From a virus (Duplodnaviria > Caudoviricetes): a DNA stretch of 44,208 nt. Within the stretch, counting starts at the first letter, position 1. Each line of letters opens with the position of its first letter. The position numbers and the translations under genes are program-made. Shown here piece by piece: positions 42,970-44,208 of this stretch. The notes under the pieces were generated by a model. The model was given only the letters and a program-made list of their open reading frames with translations. It had not been told where the DNA came from and searched no databases. The stretch is from IMG/VR virus record IMGVR_UViG_3300043707_000036, positions 1-44,208 of that record; one strand, given 5' to 3'.

Positions 42970-43123
42970 TTTCACCTGGACGGACCCCCTTTCCCTATAG
43001 GGGGGTTTTAAAGCGTCCAGGTGAATGCTCCCGTACACAATGCTACTAAGTTGTTGATAAAGGACTTAAGAGGTAGTGCTATACCTTTCACCTGGACGGA
43101 TTTCTGGAAATGCGTCCGGGTGG
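42970..43123. repeat. Iteron-like direct/inverted repeat array, candidate replication origin
   Basis: TTTCACCTGGACGGA at 42970 and 43086; inverted CGTCCAGGTGAA at 43014; imperfect CGTCCGGGTGG near 43113; AT-rich spacer. Confidence 0.65.
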
Positions 43124-43136
43124 CTATTATTTGTGG

Positions 43137-43382
43137 TCAACGATTCGCCTGATGTTCGCCCCAGAGGACCGACTCCCACCACCCCTCCCAGTTGGTGTCC
43201 AATTCCCTCTCGTTCTCCTCCTCCCAAGCGGGAATGTCGTCAGGAGTCTCGAACTGATCGTAGAGACCCCCATAGATGGGGTCCTGACCTGGGCGAAGGG
43301 AGTGCCTGGGACCAGGGACACCATCCAGGATGTCGGAGATGTCCTCCTGGTAGTCTTGCAAGTCGTAGTAGTCGTCCATCAC
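43137..43382 (-). CDS. Highly acidic 81-aa protein
   Basis: About 22 D/E against 4 R and no K; GGAGG RBS, GTGA coupling. Confidence 0.7.
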   Translation of the reverse strand: MMDDYYDLQDYQEDISDILDGVPGPRHSLRPGQDPIYGGLYDQFETPDDIPAWEEENERELDTNWEGWWESVLWGEHQANR

Positions 43383-43855
43383 ATCCTCCCTTCCTGGTCA
43401 CTCTTGTCGCAGGGATAGCTGACTGCCTCTTTATGGGTAAAGTGGTCAATAAGTCTCAACGGCTGTCCTACAATCCACAGGACTCCTACCACGGTACTGG
43501 AGAACGCCAGGGCCATCCACTCCCCAAAGGTTTTCCTCTCCGCCTTCCTGGTAGAGGCTAATGGCTGGGCAGGCTGTGGCTCCAGCCTGGGAGGAGCCTG
43601 CGTGTTGGGATCAGGGATGCGAGAGGTGGGCACGATGGGAGCCACCGTAGTAAAAGTCCAGATCCCGGCATACAGCTCCCTGGGATTGATCTGACTGTAG
43701 TGGGCGGTACACATCGAGGTCATGGGGACCATGTTGTCCACATCTTGGGGATGGAAGTATCCCACCACCGTGGCAGGCAGACCATCGGTGACTATGACTC
43801 CGTTCTCGATCCAGGTGACTTCACAGGTTGTACTGGGAACTGCTGGAACTGACAT
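43379..43855 (-). CDS. Hypothetical protein with possible TM segment
   Basis: AGGAGGAGGT RBS. Confidence 0.7.
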   Translation of the reverse strand: MSVPAVPSTTCEVTWIENGVIVTDGLPATVVGYFHPQDVDNMVPMTSMCTAHYSQINPRELYAGIWTFTTVAPIVPTSRIPDPNTQAPPRLEPQPAQPLASTRKAERKTFGEWMALAFSSTVVGVLWIVGQPLRLIDHFTHKEAVSYPCDKSDQEGRM

Positions 43856-43898
43856 TGTGACCTCCTCCTAGAATGCCCTTTGCTTGCGTTCTACGCTG

Positions 43899-44105
43899 CT
43901 ATTTACGCGTCCGTGGGAATGAACAGGCCTCACAGGTCCACCCAGGGGAGTAAACGCCTCCTACGCCGATTCCACAGCGTTTACATACGTACACAGAAGC
44001 CTGTCCCTTTCCGCTCCCGATCCTACGCAGTGGACCACCTGGCCAGGCCTCCTCACACTTGGTCCTGGGATACCTGACACGTCTAATTAGCCAAGGTCTT
44101 CTCAT
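43899..44105 (-). CDS. Zinc-ribbon hypothetical protein
   Basis: CKRC...CEAC. Confidence 0.5.
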   Translation of the reverse strand: MRRPWLIRRVRYPRTKCEEAWPGGPLRRIGSGKGQASVYVCKRCGIGVGGVYSPGWTCEACSFPRTRK

Positions 44106-44208
44106 TCACCTGAAACTTCTTGGGAGGCATAGGCGACTCCACAATAGGCCTCCTGGTCTTGATCATCACATCAAATCTGTCTGACCAGTCCTGCATGGCA
44201 GCAGCATG

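Larger units (their letters stand above)
1..44208. mobile_element. Tailed dsDNA bacteriophage (Caudoviricetes, podovirus-like), near-complete genome
   Basis: TerL-portal-scaffold-MCP-adaptor-nozzle-ejection gene order, PolA/helicase/recombination module, dense ATGA/TGATG-coupled small ORFs, no host housekeeping genes. Confidence 0.96.

Noticed and set aside
1-44208. tRNA genes, integrase/att sites, terminal repeats, alternative genetic code
   Set aside because: No cloverleaf with T-loop consensus noticed, no catalytic recombinase, the window ends do not match, and genes read intact in code 11

Overview
A near-complete (no terminal redundancy seen) ~44 kb tailed-phage genome with podovirus-type architecture. 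The + strand (2.1-29.2 kb) carries the packaging/virion operon: TerL, portal, scaffold, major capsid, adaptor, nozzle, ejection proteins including a lytic transglycosylase, and fibre/Ig-domain proteins. The - strand (29.2-41.7 kb) carries the replication/early operon: family A DNA polymerase, SSB-like protein, Sak4-like AAA ATPase, PD-(D/E)XK nuclease and many small coupled ORFs. A RecA-family (AAA_25) helicase and an origin-like repeat array lie near 42-43 kb. I recognised no integrase, tape-measure protein, primase or canonical endolysin. Most unusual points: (1) the UDG-exonuclease-PolA gene is split between the two CxxC halves of an apparent zinc finger, with four small coupled genes in the break, suggesting a two-subunit polymerase joined by a zinc clasp; (2) three clusters of protamine-like Arg-rich micro-proteins (several missed by the ORF track) lie inside the virion operon; (3) a tail-fibre-repeat protein has a signal peptide; (4) there is a PEP-CTERM moron, an Acb2/Tad1-like candidate anti-defence protein, an expanded 'RAAELL...WL.DAG' small-protein family, two FlbD-like genes, DnaA-box triplets and candidate structured RNAs. 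All family assignments come from motifs recognised by eye, not database searches.
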